This document shows, piece after piece, positions 38,232 to 50,116 of a stretch of DNA of 64,000 nucleotides. The translations under genes and the position numbers were made by a program. The stretch is from Selaginella moellendorffii (lineage: Eukaryota > Plantae > Lycopodiophyta), in assembly GCF_000143415.4 (NCBI RefSeq), contig NW_003314266.1:2366078-2430077 (forward strand), written 5' to 3'. Within the stretch, counting starts at the first letter, position 1; each line of letters starts with the position of its first letter. Below the pieces are notes generated by a model. It ran no database searches. It was not told the DNA's origin and saw only the letters and a list, made by a program, of their open reading frames with translations.

Positions 38232-41090
38232 ATGTCGAGCGGCCTCACGGTCGTGAAGCTGCGCGAGGCGCTTCGCAAGCGCAATCTCGACGCGACGGGG
38301 CTCAAGGCGGATTTGGTAATGTCTGTGTGGTTCGATCGAGCTTGAGAATGCGTTTTCCCCTTGTAATCCCTAGGTCGCCAGGCTCGACGATGCGATCGCC
38401 GCCGAAGCACCGACGACGAAGAAATCCCCGACAAAGAAGCGAGCTGCAAAGAGAAAAGGCGAGGAGGAAGACGAAGACGATGGAGACGATGCCCCACCGG
38501 CGCCTAAAAGATCGAAGGCCGACGAGGTAAAAAGAATGACAGTGGTAGATCTCCGCGCGGCATTGAGCGAGCGTCAGCTTGCCACGACTGGGCGGAAGAA
38601 CGATCTCGTGGAGAGGTTAATTGCTGCTCTCGAAAGTGATGTCGACAAAGGTAACGCGAATGGAAGTCTTCCTTCTCACCGTGATTTTGATAGATGAGGA
38701 AGATGCCAAGAGCGATGCTACTGCCAAAGATCAAGCCGACGATACCCAGCCCGACTCTCGCAGAGCAAGTGCTCGTGGCAAGGAGAAAGAAGGAAAGAAG
38801 GAAAGGGAGGAGGAAGCTAAGATGGTAAAAGCTTACAAGAAGGGTCGCGCGGTCTTGGACGAGGTGCTAGCCGATCATATTAAATCGTCGTGTCATGTTC
38901 TAGAAGAGGTGCGTTCTCTTTACTTTTCTAGTGAGTTTTTTTATCCTAAGCCAGTGGTTATTTCACATAGGGGGACGATGTGTATGATGCAATGCTCAAT
39001 CAAACCAACGTAGGAGAGAACAATAACAAGTACTATAAGCTCCAAGTGCTAGGCAAGTACGCTTACAAATCGTTTCTTGTGTTACTGACAGCGTTACATG
39101 GCAGAATCTGATGACAACTCCCAGTACTTTGCGTGGTTTCGTTGGGGTCGAGTTGGATACAAAGGTCAAAACCAGCTCCATAACTTACCCCGAGAAGGTG
39201 CAAAACGGGAATTCGAGAAGAAGTTTTATCAGAAGACTCGTAACAACTGGAGGGATCGCAGTCGGTTTGTTTCACACCCGCAAAAATACACGCTTCTGGA
39301 AATGGACTACGAAGAGGAAGATGCCGCGAAACAAAAGGTTGCATTTGCAATCCAACTACGAGATCCTGACTTTCTCTTCTTGCAGACGGAGAAGAAGAAA
39401 GACGTGGTCCCTCCTATGAAGAAGCAAGTTCAGAGCAAACTTGACAGCCGTGTTGCGCAATTTGTGTCTCTGATTTGCGATCTCAAAATGATGAGGCAAC
39501 AAATGGTGGAGATAGGATATGACGCTCGAAAGATGCCCCTTGGCAAGCTAAGCAAGGCGACAATCCTAAAGGTGACGTGCCTCTTTTGAACTCTTGACGA
39601 GACTGGGTAACTTTTGTGTTTTCCAGGGATATCAAACACTGAAATCCATTCAAGGGGTGTTGGAATCGCGTGGACCACCGCAAACCTTGCTAGACTTGAG
39701 CAGGTAAAGTTTATTCTAATCTGGTTTGACTCAACATATGTTTATTTGGTTTTGCAGCGAGTTCTACACACTTATCCCGCACGATTTTGGCTTTCAGAAT
39801 ATCCGTAAGTTCCCAATTTTGGTTTATTCATCAGATTGCGAGCTTATATTTGCAGGACAACAAACTATTAACACTATCGAGAAGCTGAAAAAGAAAATTG
39901 AAATGGTACTATGCGTGACGTCGATACGTTTAATACAAGCTTATGTTTTTCTAATCAGGTTGAGGCTCTTGGAGAGATTGCAATCGCTGCGCAGGTTCTA
40001 GAAGAAGATGACGAGGAGGTAAAGTACTTGTTTAACATCAGTGTAAAATCTCAATGTTTTTCTTGTACACAGGATGATCCAGCATTTGCACATTACAAAA
40101 GGCTGAAGTGCAAGCTTGAGCCACTCGACCAAAGTGGTGAAGAATTCAAAATGGTTTGTAACAAGTTTTGAAAGTTTAGGTGCATACAAGTAAAAATTGT
40201 CTTTGTTTTCCAGATCCAGGAGTATTTGAAGAACACCCATGGCCAAACACATCGCAGTTATGACCTTATTTTACAGGATGTATTCAAGGTTCAGAGAGAT
40301 GAAGAAGATGCGGGTTTTCGTAGTGTAAGTGAGGCGCATTCTGCTAGAGCAATCGCTTACTCTGCATTTGCAGTTTTCTCAAACTCCCAACCGCATGCTT
40401 CTCTGGCACGGCTCACGGCTGACAAACTGGACGGGCATTCTTTCCCAAGGTTATTTTGTTGTGCTCAGACATAGACTAAACCGTTTATGGATTTAGGACT
40501 CCGTATTGCTCCTCCGGAAGCACCATCGACGGGTTATATGTTTGGGAAAGGCGTTTATTTTGCTGACATGGTATCCAAGAGTGCCAACTATTGCTTTACT
40601 ACATCGCAAAATCCCCGTGGAGTTCTCCTCTTGTGTGAGGTACCCCGCTCTTCTTTTTGCTCGCAACCGTCATTCTTTGTGTCTTTCAGGTGGCTCTTGG
40701 ACAGATGAATGAGCTTTATCAAGCGGACTACAATGCGAACAGACTCCCTCCCGGAAAGCTAAGGTCACGCAGTGCTGTTTCCTCGTTTCTTCTATTGGTT
40801 TTTGAATGTGGTGTGGTATTTCAGCACGAAGGGTCTGGGTCGATCGGTACCAAATAGCTCGCAGTTTAAGACGCTACCAGATGGAGTAGTCGTGCCTCTG
40901 GGAAAACCAGTGAAATCTCCTAACGTAAGTTACCGTATTTCCAGCTCGTGTGTGACGTGGTTTGTTTTCCTTTTCTTTGCAGAGCAATACTAGCCTCGAG
41001 TACAACGAGTACATCGTCTATGACACCAAGCAGATCAGAATGCGATATGTTTTGCAAGTGGATTTCCAATACAAGCTCGGCCGCTATTGA
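38232..41090 (+). CDS. PARP2: Poly(ADP-ribose) polymerase, plant PARP2/APP type (2 SAP + WGR + regulatory + catalytic), many short introns
   Basis: SAP motif [24 protein letters not shown]; RWGRVG; KMPLGKLSK; LLWHGSR; [19 protein letters not shown]; [10 protein letters not shown]; stop at 41090. Confidence 0.95.
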
Positions 41091-41294
41091 ACAATGCTGG
41101 TCCTTTTCTTTTTCTTTTTCACTGTAAATATAACACGTTTCAGGAACAAAAGCTGATGAACTTAACATGCTGTTAACTTTGCTAAACTCCTTAGGGCAAA
41201 CAGAGGAATATGGTTTTCTGAGCTGTGACAAGGTATGGCTGCTTCGAGCTCCATGTAAACTCTTCATCCTTGGTTTTCTTTCATTCTTTCCAGG

Positions 41295-42607
41295 ATGGCG
41301 TTTTGTGTGCATTGTGTAAATGCGGGGGCGACGGGCTTTGGAGCAGCTTACAATGGTGCTAGAGGTATCTGCTTGGCTACGTTTTTTTCACGCTTCCAGC
41401 TGTGTGGTCTTGCAGAAAATTGTGGAGAGATACGCAGCAGCGTGTGCTTCAGGCAAATGAAAGGGGCAGTAAGCTTCAATTTTGCTGCATCACCGCTTGC
41501 AAGAGATAAATGTGGAAGAAAAGCGAAGCTCCTCAGGTCTCTCTTTCCTTTCTGTAAGTCTTTTTATTTACACGGGACGTTTCCAGGTTTGTGAGGGCTG
41601 CAACTGTCGAGGACATCGAAGCCGAGAAGCAACTCGTTGAAGAAGATGCTGTACGTATACATTGGGCAATCTCAAATAAATATGTGATATGACTTTCCCC
41701 GTTCAGATGGAAAGAATGGAGAAGACCATTGAGACCGTCAAGTCCAACTTCAACACAATTCGAACAGGCCGTGCTAGCCCTGCTCTGCTCGATCGTGTTG
41801 AGGTATGCTTCTTTCTAAAGCGTTCTAGTTAAATCGTTCTATGGACAGGTCGAATACTATGGAACACTTGTGCTTCTCAAAACCATTGCTCAAATAAGTA
41901 CACCGGATGGAAGTACTATACTTGTCCAGCCATTTGATCGATCCAGGTAGAGGATGTGGGAGTTTTGTTGTTATGACTACTAGCTATTGTGCAGCTTGTC
42001 GGCCATTGATAAAGCGATCACAAAGTCGGACCTCGGCCTGACGCCGAGCAACGATGGAATTGTCATTCGTTTGAATATACCGCAGCTTACTGCTGAAAGA
42101 AGGAAGGTAAGTTTGGTTCTCTTTCAGTTCCCATTTTCTTTGCATTTACACTTTTTTATCTCTCTTTTGCAGGAGCTTCTCAAGCTAGTGGCAAAGCTAA
42201 CCGAGGAGGGGAAGGTTTGATCTAAATCCTTTTGAGTCATACTTTTTAGGCCTTGACCATCAGGTAGCGTTGAGAAATGTCCGAAGGGATGCCATCAAAT
42301 CGTACGAAAAGCTCGAAAAGGTATCTAAATTTCCCCGGAACTTCCGCTAACAAATCGAATGGTCAGGAAAAGAAGATATCCACGGACAATGTAAAGGATC
42401 TCTCCACCGAAATGCAGGTAAAATACCAGATCTAATTTTATCCACCACGCTTCAACAAGAAGCTCTGATGCACAGAGGCTCACGGACGAATACGTGAAAA
42501 CCGTGGATGATTTGTTCAAACAGAAAGAAAAGGTTTGACAGCGTACAGTCTCGAGTTAACTCCTGTTTCTTTTCCTTTTATTTCCGTAGGAGCTGTCAAC
42601 CGTGTGA
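41295..42607 (+). CDS. RRF: Ribosome recycling factor, plastid-targeted, multi-exon
   Basis: [34 protein letters not shown]; [28 protein letters not shown]; [10 protein letters not shown]; transit-peptide-like N-terminus. Confidence 0.93.
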
Positions 42608-42795
42608 TCTTGCAAAACTCGTTGTATTTATAGGATCAAACATTATGCTGGAAGTGTGAACAATGCAAAAATTGCTGTATTACAATTCAAATACATGGAT
42701 CAAACATTTTGTGTGACCTTGATTTCAATGCATTCTATTTTTTAATATGTATGTCAACTGCGTATTCTTGCAAAATTGTTGTGTGGATCAAAGTA

Positions 42796-43416
42796 TCAAT
42801 CCACCACAGAAGGCAAAGCCCCATTGTCCCAGGCCATGCAGCACCCCTCGGAGCCACAGCAGCACATCTCATTGTAAATATACCGCTGCTCGCCACCCGA
42901 GTAGTCGAAGCATAGCTCCTCGCCAACTTTGATATCCCTGCTCGCAAACATCATAATATGGAACATCGGGCGCTCGTCGTCGTCCAAGCCCTCGTACGGA
43001 ACGTGCTCCACCCGGATGTTCCCGCCGTCACACCGGTGGTTGATGAACCTGGCCACGTTCCCGTAGGCGACGGCGTCCACCACCACCAAATTGGCCGGGA
43101 ACCTGGCGTCGCCGGGCATCTGGAACTGGTAGTCATGGCGCGCGGAGCTTGAAAAGTCGAGCACCTCGCCCACGTACTCGCACACGAAGCTGTCTTTGGG
43201 GATTGTTTCCGCGGCTCGGACGCCCCAGCCGCAGCTTTCAGTCTTGAAGATGGCGAGTCTCTTTTGCATCTGGCAGCTGCACTGCGGGCCGCACTTGTCT
43301 TTCGGCTCTGAGCGTGGCGAAGGGTTGCGGTCGAAAGGTGGCAACGGTCCGCGAATGTTGTGGCGCACGTAGTAAAAGTTGGCGACGAAGTCGTTTGGAA
43401 ACGAGACGCGGTCCAT
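42796..43416 (-). CDS. Small intronless SET + post-SET protein (SUV39/SUVR-like histone lysine methyltransferase)
   Basis: FKTESCGWGVRA...FVCEYVGEV; YGNVARFINHRC; ELCFDY; CCCGSEGC; TATA-like motif at ~43457-43463 favours the ATG at 43416. Confidence 0.85.
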   Translation of the reverse strand: MDRVSFPNDFVANFYYVRHNIRGPLPPFDRNPSPRSEPKDKCGPQCSCQMQKRLAIFKTESCGWGVRAAETIPKDSFVCEYVGEVLDFSSSARHDYQFQMPGDARFPANLVVVDAVAYGNVARFINHRCDGGNIRVEHVPYEGLDDDERPMFHIMMFASRDIKVGEELCFDYSGGEQRYIYNEMCCCGSEGCCMAWDNGALPSVVD

Positions 43417-43603
43417 GGAATCCTTTGGTTGTAATGAATGGACCATCTTTGCGAGGCTTATATAGTTGCCACTCAAAAAGGGTTAGATGCTAGGTATGTT
43501 CTACTGGTAGTTAACTCCTGTTGAAGTAAAGGAACTAACCTTGAGGCTTAGTAGGAAACGTTTTCTTTCTCTTGTTAATAATACAACTTGTCTGTGCAAA
43601 TAG

Positions 43604-45234
43604 TCATTCTCCTCTCTGGGAAATTTTCTTCAAAATCTTGGATCTCACGAACTCTTGCTGGTCCATGTCGAGCACGCCACCGGTACCCTCCTCCACCACG
43701 TAAAACACATCCTCCACTCGGCTATCCTGCGTCGAGATCTTCGCTCCTTGAACGCTACAAAACAAGCAACGAGAGTTACGTAAGTTCCTGCCTGTCTGGC
43801 AAGAGAAATCAAAATAGAAGAGCACACATACCTGACGCCAGCTTCGTTGAGAGCCAGAATGATGTCCGCCAGGAGCATGTGTCGATCCGGCCCCTCGACT
43901 TTGATCTCGGTTTGCTTGCCGACGTTCTGGAAGTGAATGCCGACGCTCTCGGCTCCTCCCGAGTCCACCACCGCGTCGTGGATCCTGGCGCTCTCCTCTT
44001 CCAGCGACGTTCCAATGCTCAGAGTCGGAGACACCGTCCCGGCATCCTGTTCTTCCAGGCAGCTCGAGCGAGAGTTCACGTCCACGTCCCACGGCGGTGC
44101 CACCGATTCATAGACACTGTCCGACAAGTCTGCTGCCGCTCCAACCACGTCAAACCTCGTCAAGGTTGCCGCCGGACTGGAGAAGTCATCGTCCAAGAGC
44201 TCGCAGTATGTCTTCCTCCTGAAAAAAAGAAAAAGCAACGGGGGTGGCAAGCGAAAGACCTGCTAAGTGAGAAGATCGACGACAAATGGAAATGAGACAC
44301 AAAGATTAAAAAGCTGGAAGAAACGTACCCGGCTCTAAAACTCTCCCACGAGAGGATCTTCGAAACTTCGATGCCTCGACCGACCGGGAGCGTGGACGAG
44401 TCGATCCCCGGCTGCTGACGGACGTGCTTTATGTACTCGTTGGTGGCGTCGTCCAGCGCATTGTAAGCGACGATGATGGCCGCGTGCGTGAATCTCAGGC
44501 TGTCAAAGTAGTCGATGTAGTTCTCCGGCTCGCCAGTGAAGAGCACGAAGTCGAAGCCTTCCCGGTCCAAGACGAAGGAGCCGGGCTTGTCCGGGAAGAA
44601 GTCCACGTAGTCGCTGAGGCCGAGGTCCAGGACGTAGCGGGCGACGACGGCCTGCTTCTGGCGGTCGGTGTCCACGCACTCGAGGCAGCCACCGGTTGCT
44701 CGAGCGGCGGCGGCGAGGGCGATGGTGGAGAGGCCGCAGCCAATGTGGAGAATTCGGCGAGAGTTGCTCCCGGCGGCCAAGGCGGCTATAAACTCAGCAC
44801 TTCCGGGTTCTAACACTCGTGGGCGGCTGGACGACCAGTTTGGGTGCTGCTTCTCTAGAATGATTTTCCGCTGCAAAGCCACACAAGGTGGAGGAGAGTT
44901 AGAAATCTATACCACCCATCCAGCAAGATCACGACGAAAAGATCGAGAACAAGGGAAGGAGAAAAAAAAGAAAGAGAGAAAGAACAGAGTCTGGCCTACA
45001 AAGGACTGGAGAACACAAAAAGAGGGTCTGGCCTGCAAAGAATGACTTTAGAAACTCTCCCCGGAGGTAGGAGAAGTTACCAAAAAGAGGGAAAAGCGCT
45101 CATACTTACCAANNNNNNNNNNNNNNNNNNNNNNNNNNNNNNNNNNNNNNNNNNNNNNNNNNNNNNNNNNNNNNNNNNNNNNNNNNNNNNNNNNNNNNNN
45201 NNNNNNNNNNNNCAATGTCTGGGAACCACGGCAT
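43604..45234 (-). CDS. DUF1442-type SAM-methyltransferase-like protein fused to a C-terminal ACT (ACR/GlnD-type) domain
   Basis: Exons ~45234-45110 (MPWFPDI..., across the N gap), 44870-44328 (EPGSAEFIAALAAG...STIALAAAARATGG...LPVGRGIEV), 44218-43832, 43754-43604. Checked junctions keep frame into TEIKVEGPDRHMLLADIILALNEAGVSVQGAKISTQDSRVEDVFYV. Confidence 0.8.
45113..45212. other. Assembly gap (100 N)
   Basis: Run of N. Confidence 1.
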
Positions 45235-46657
45235 TTCCAGTCACCCAAATGCATACCTGGAGGGGTTGCAAATAGCCCACAGATCAATCCACCAGATCCA
45301 TCAATCCAAGCATGCTCTCTATGGGGCAATCCCCACAAATCCATCATGCATTCTTGCAATCCCACCTCTTAGTGCGCTGCGTCCAGGATCATCTAGTATC
45401 GAAGAACAGGCCACAGATCCCCTCCATGGAAGATCAAATCAAGGTGGACACCATTTCTATAACTAATTGATTCAATCACGACAAGAAAGGAAGGGGAAGA
45501 AGAAATGAAATTCGCCATAGCTCGAGCTCCATCCCAGTTAAAAGCCACAAACACATAAAGCCTAAATCATAACATTTACCACCAGATAAAAGTGAAATTA
45601 ACTTATGAGAGAATAATTTTATTTTTTTATCTCAACCTCTGAAGTAAAAAATTAAAAGAGGTAAAATAACTATTATTTGTTTGATTGGCTCCACGTGGCG
45701 AGCGGTTTGTTCGTGTCGAGCTAGTTATTCCCTTTGTTCGTGGGCGGGCTCATGCTCTTGGCATGGGCATGTGGTTTGGTAACTTTTCATTTATAAGATT
45801 TTCTCTCGGGGTTTCGCGATTTTTCTATACGAATGTGCAGTAACCTTTGTGGAGAATTTTCCATGTAATTACGATCAACGTCGTGGACGAAATGGTCCCT
45901 CTGATTCCATTGAGAGACAGCTTTAATACGTTGATGTGAGTGAGCGTGTTCTTTTTTATTAATTTCTCTCTTTTCCTGAGAGAATCTTTTTTTTCTTTCC
46001 GGTTGTTATCCGGATGAACACCCATTTGTGCGCGTTTGTGTTGCCACCTCTTTTCTTGGCCGAGTAATTGAAAAGAGTTTCCTTCCTTTGTATGTGTGTG
46101 CGTGTGTGCGTGTCACAGTCCAAGTTTCTAGATCCCAAGACATTCCAAAGACCTTTCCTCGCGACTTACTATAGCCAACCACCTTTCTCAGCGGGGGCGG
46201 CTGTTTAATCAAACGGGTTAACATCGAAGAGTTTGACAAGAAACACTCGAAAAATCAGTGGTGGTGAGATGAAGAAAAAAAAGGAGCGAATCGATCCACT
46301 TGTTTAAGCAAACCACACATGGAAGAAAGAAAAATAAGTGACGAGAGATCTATCCAGACCACGGGGACCGCAAGGCCGGGAAACCATAAACTTGAAAGAA
46401 GGAAACGCAGATATTCTCATGTGAGGAGAGTTGTTTTGTCAAGATCACTGATCGCTACGTTTGATCTAAAGCCTGCTTATAAACAAGAATAAAGACGATA
46501 AGTTTCGTGAAGAGCGATAGCGTCAGCCATGAACTCAGAGCTGTAGCGTAAGCGGGCGAGAACCCGGAAGAATCAAAGAAAGCAGAAAAATAGAATACTA
46601 GGAAGAAGAGCGCGCGGTCGATCGACTAGACGCGATTTGTTTGGGGGTGTTTGGATC

Positions 46658-48305
46658 TTACAAGAGCACTGTGGCTGATGCTAAGATAATGCCACTGCTA
46701 TCTTTCATGTCTGCAACACTGTTCCAACGCGTGAACTTAGAATTGGAGGCAGTGCCGAGATGACATACCTCCGCCGTGCTCACCGGCTGGATGGACGATC
46801 GGTTCCGGTTTTGCCATGACTCGATTTTACCTCCGATGACATACAGCTTGTCACCGAGGCACTCGAGGGCGAAACCGAAACGATACGAGGACCTGTTGTA
46901 GAGCTGACCCGTGGAGATATGCCCGATGTGATCCCACTCGTTGAGCTCCGGATCGTATCTCATCAGCTTGCTCTGATGAACAACGAGGAGATTTTCTCGA
47001 AAGATTGTGTTGGGACCGGGAACCTGCCGTACGAAGAAAAAAAACGCTAAACTTTAAGACGAGAAGTGACGGAAACGAGCAAGCGCTACCTTGTGAGAAT
47101 CCAGCCACATCTCCGGGATCAACGTCCAGCTCTTGCTTGCGGGATTAAAAAACTCGGCCGATGCTCGCTGCGGGTGGTCGCCATAATTGTTGATCACCAC
47201 TTCGCCGGCAATGACCCAGAACTGGCCGTTGAGCACTGTTCCTCGGCAGCTGGAGCGGACGCAATGCATGGAAGGCATTTGGTGCCATCGCTTCTCCCTG
47301 TAGTCCAGCACCTCGGCCGAGTCCAGGAAGCAAGACCGTCCCTGGCCACCGGCGACGTAGACGAAATCGCCCATCGCTGCCGCAGCAAACCAGCCGCGTG
47401 GAGTTGTCAGGCTCGGGCCTCGCTGCCACTTGTTCCGAAACGCATCGTAGATAAAAACGTCGCCACAGACCTCCACTGGAACAAAAGACAAGAAAACAAG
47501 GAATCAGCGCCAGGAGGGAAAAAAAAAAAAACGAAGAGAACAAAAGGAAGATGCAAGTGTTACATTATGGACCTTGGCCCAGTTGCTGCATTGCCTCGTT
47601 GTAAATGCGCCGAGCCCCTCCCATGAGTATGAGCTTCGAGTCGAGAGCGACGCAGGCGAAGCCCTGCCATGTCTCTGACGATATGTTTGCGGGCACTGGC
47701 GACATGTTGTACCAGCGGTTGGCATCTGGATCAAACGCACGAAATGCCGCTCCAGTGGCAGACTCCACCAGCACATAAATCCATCCTTGCAAAAATCCCC
47801 CCTGTCGAGACCAAGATCATCAATACTGACAGGGAAAGCAGGAAAAAAGCAAAGACAAAAACAAACGCGCAAGAACAGCCCTGGCACAAGTCTAGAACAA
47901 AGAAAAATAAAAGAAAAGTTCATGCAAGACACTTAGTCATCTATCTAAAACGCACAGAGAAAGATAGAAAGCAAGGAGATAGAGCAAGAACAGCGAGGAA
48001 GATAATTGTTGTGAACATACCTGGTGTCTGAGGAGTCGAAATGTTTCGCTGCTAACAGCTCGTTTCCAGGCCGAGGAAACGAGGCGGAGGAGTGGAAACA
48101 TTCCTCGAGGAAGCCTGGCGATGCACAGAATAGCTAAATCGTTGGGCAATCCAGGTATGAGGAGCTTGCCTTCGTCACACCACGAGCGGGCCGCAGCCGC
48201 GCAATCTTCTTCCTCAGCGCCAGAGAATTCTGCGAGCAATCCCACCGAGCTGCTGGGATTTTGCCCCCGGCGATCGGATGAGGAGGAGCAGGAGGCGCCA
48301 GACAT
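46658..48305 (-). CDS. F-box/kelch-repeat protein, 4 exons
   Basis: LIPGLPNDLAILCIARLP F-box; kelch motifs (FVYVAGG, LYVIGG, W...PSM...R); exons ~48305-48022, 47788-47572, 47476-47090, 47024-46658. Confidence 0.93.
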
Positions 48306-48761
48306 GATCGATCCAAAAGCTGCTGCGAAAATGCTCAAAGAATGGGGAAGAACCCTAACCCTATGGCGCCCATTTTCATTTGAGCGGCCACGTGGCGGGG
48401 ACAACTGTATCAGCGGGAAAGAAGAGAACCACAAGAAGTTCGTGGCTTTTGGCGGGGATGGGAACTACATGAAATTCTTGCCCCGGAAAAAAGGATTAAA
48501 GGATCACGTTACTTGTCACGAAATGCGCGGACGCATTATAAGTAATAATTCCAGAATTGTACCTTTTTTAAAATCATTTTTATAAACCCGTTTAAAAATT
48601 AAAATAACTTTAAGGCAATTCAAGTATATTTTACAAAATGAAAAAAGAAGCTCCTTGATGTTCCTAAAACACTAAAGTCTATCATCTTATTGCCATAACT
48701 TTGGCATTCTTTACACAAACACTAGGTGCAAAAAAAATTAAAAAATTCCAGGCTCAATCTT

Positions 48762-49820
48762 TCACCTACACTTCGAGAAGATCCCATAAACCCTGCTGTA
48801 CATACCTTCGGATCTCCTGCTAGATCGAAAGCTCCCGAGCTTGTGCCAAACACTCAGCATGAATGCCCGAGCACGAACCAAGAACCCAGTGACGAAAGCG
48901 CGGTTGCCAGGAAGAAAAGCAAAGAACGTCGGAATCGACAGCAGCAGCACTGCGGCAGCTCCGCCACCGCCAACGTTTTCCCTCATCCAACCTCCCTGCG
49001 CCACCACGCAATCCCGGAGCTCCGAGAAGAGCCACCAGCACGACTTGAGGATGGCGAGCCCGGTCAGCGCTGCCGCTCGAAGCAACCACAAGTTGATCAG
49101 CAAGCCGGACAGCATCAACACCATCGATGCCGTGAAATCCACGAGCCAAGCTATGGTGATTGGCATCGAGGCGAGCGAGGGAGTAAGCTTGGACGTGAGA
49201 GCAGCACCGAAGAGTGTAGAGCAGAGCACTACGAAACCCAGGGAAGATAAAATCTTCCACGGTAGACTCCCATCGTTTGATCCTCCAGAACCCCCGCCTC
49301 CTCCTCGATTGCCATTTCTTCCATCGCCACCACTTGATCCCGGGGAGCCCATGATCGAGTTTTCCGGATCCAAAAGCTCCTTGTGATCCTTCCACAAAGA
49401 TCGCAGCATGGAGATTCTATCGGCCTGCGAGAGGAGAAAGAGCCTCAACCCCAAGGAGACGAGCGCCACGTACAGTTCCTTCCTTCTCTCGCTCTTTTGC
49501 CTTCTCCGGCTCCTTAGAAACCCCAAAACTCGCATCAACAGCCTCGTCTTGCGCAGCTTCTTGGAGAAATTCACCCCTGTTTTGGAAGATCTCGCGAAAA
49601 AGCCACCGACATTGGCCGATTTGAGGCATGCGCCGATCCTGGATTTCTTGCCGGCGGCCCAGGTCCTCCAATCTGTGGCCGCGGCGGCGTCATCCCAGTG
49701 ATGCTTGGAGGCGAAACCCACGAAATTCCTGGCCGAGAATCGGCAGAAAATGCGAGAATTTCTGACTGGAGACTTACCACAAGTCGCAAAATCTGCAGCT
49801 ACAGAGGCAGAGGCTTCCAT
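48762..49820 (-). CDS. Unknown membrane protein with transit-peptide-like N-terminus and Gly-rich linker (352 aa)
   Basis: Long GC-rich ORF; R/S/K-rich N-terminus, GGGG linker, several hydrophobic segments; upstream AAACCCTA telo-box-like motif. Confidence 0.6.
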   Translation of the reverse strand: MEASASVAADFATCGKSPVRNSRIFCRFSARNFVGFASKHHWDDAAAATDWRTWAAGKKSRIGACLKSANVGGFFARSSKTGVNFSKKLRKTRLLMRVLGFLRSRRRQKSERRKELYVALVSLGLRLFLLSQADRISMLRSLWKDHKELLDPENSIMGSPGSSGGDGRNGNRGGGGGSGGSNDGSLPWKILSSLGFVVLCSTLFGAALTSKLTPSLASMPITIAWLVDFTASMVLMLSGLLINLWLLRAAALTGLAILKSCWWLFSELRDCVVAQGGWMRENVGGGGAAAVLLLSIPTFFAFLPGNRAFVTGFLVRARAFMLSVWHKLGSFRSSRRSEGMYSRVYGIFSKCR

Positions 49821-50116
49821 CGAGCGAAAGCCCTAAGAGATAGGGTTTAGTGTTTCAAAAGCACCCAACGGCTGGTCCAACGGTCTGAATCTATACTATT
49901 TCACAAAATATGCAAACTAGTATTTATCTGATTTAGTTTCGTTTAAGGTTTTAATTATCAGTAAAATTTATCTTAAATTCACATTTAAAATATTAACAAA
50001 ATAAAAATTAATATTTATTAAATATATTTTGTATAAAATAGGCATATTTTAATAAAGTTAACACTTTATTCACTTTAAAAGACTTTCTATTTACTGTGTT
50101 TTTCTAAATATAAAAA

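Noticed and set aside
45691-48396. Single G-boxes (CCACGTGGC) upstream of the DUF1442-ACT and F-box/kelch genes
   Set aside because: Common motif; single occurrences are not informative without expression data.
43588-49701. Long overlapping antisense ORFs (e.g. 43588-44295, 47066-47626, 48841-49386)
   Set aside because: Shadow frames of GC-rich genes on the opposite strand.
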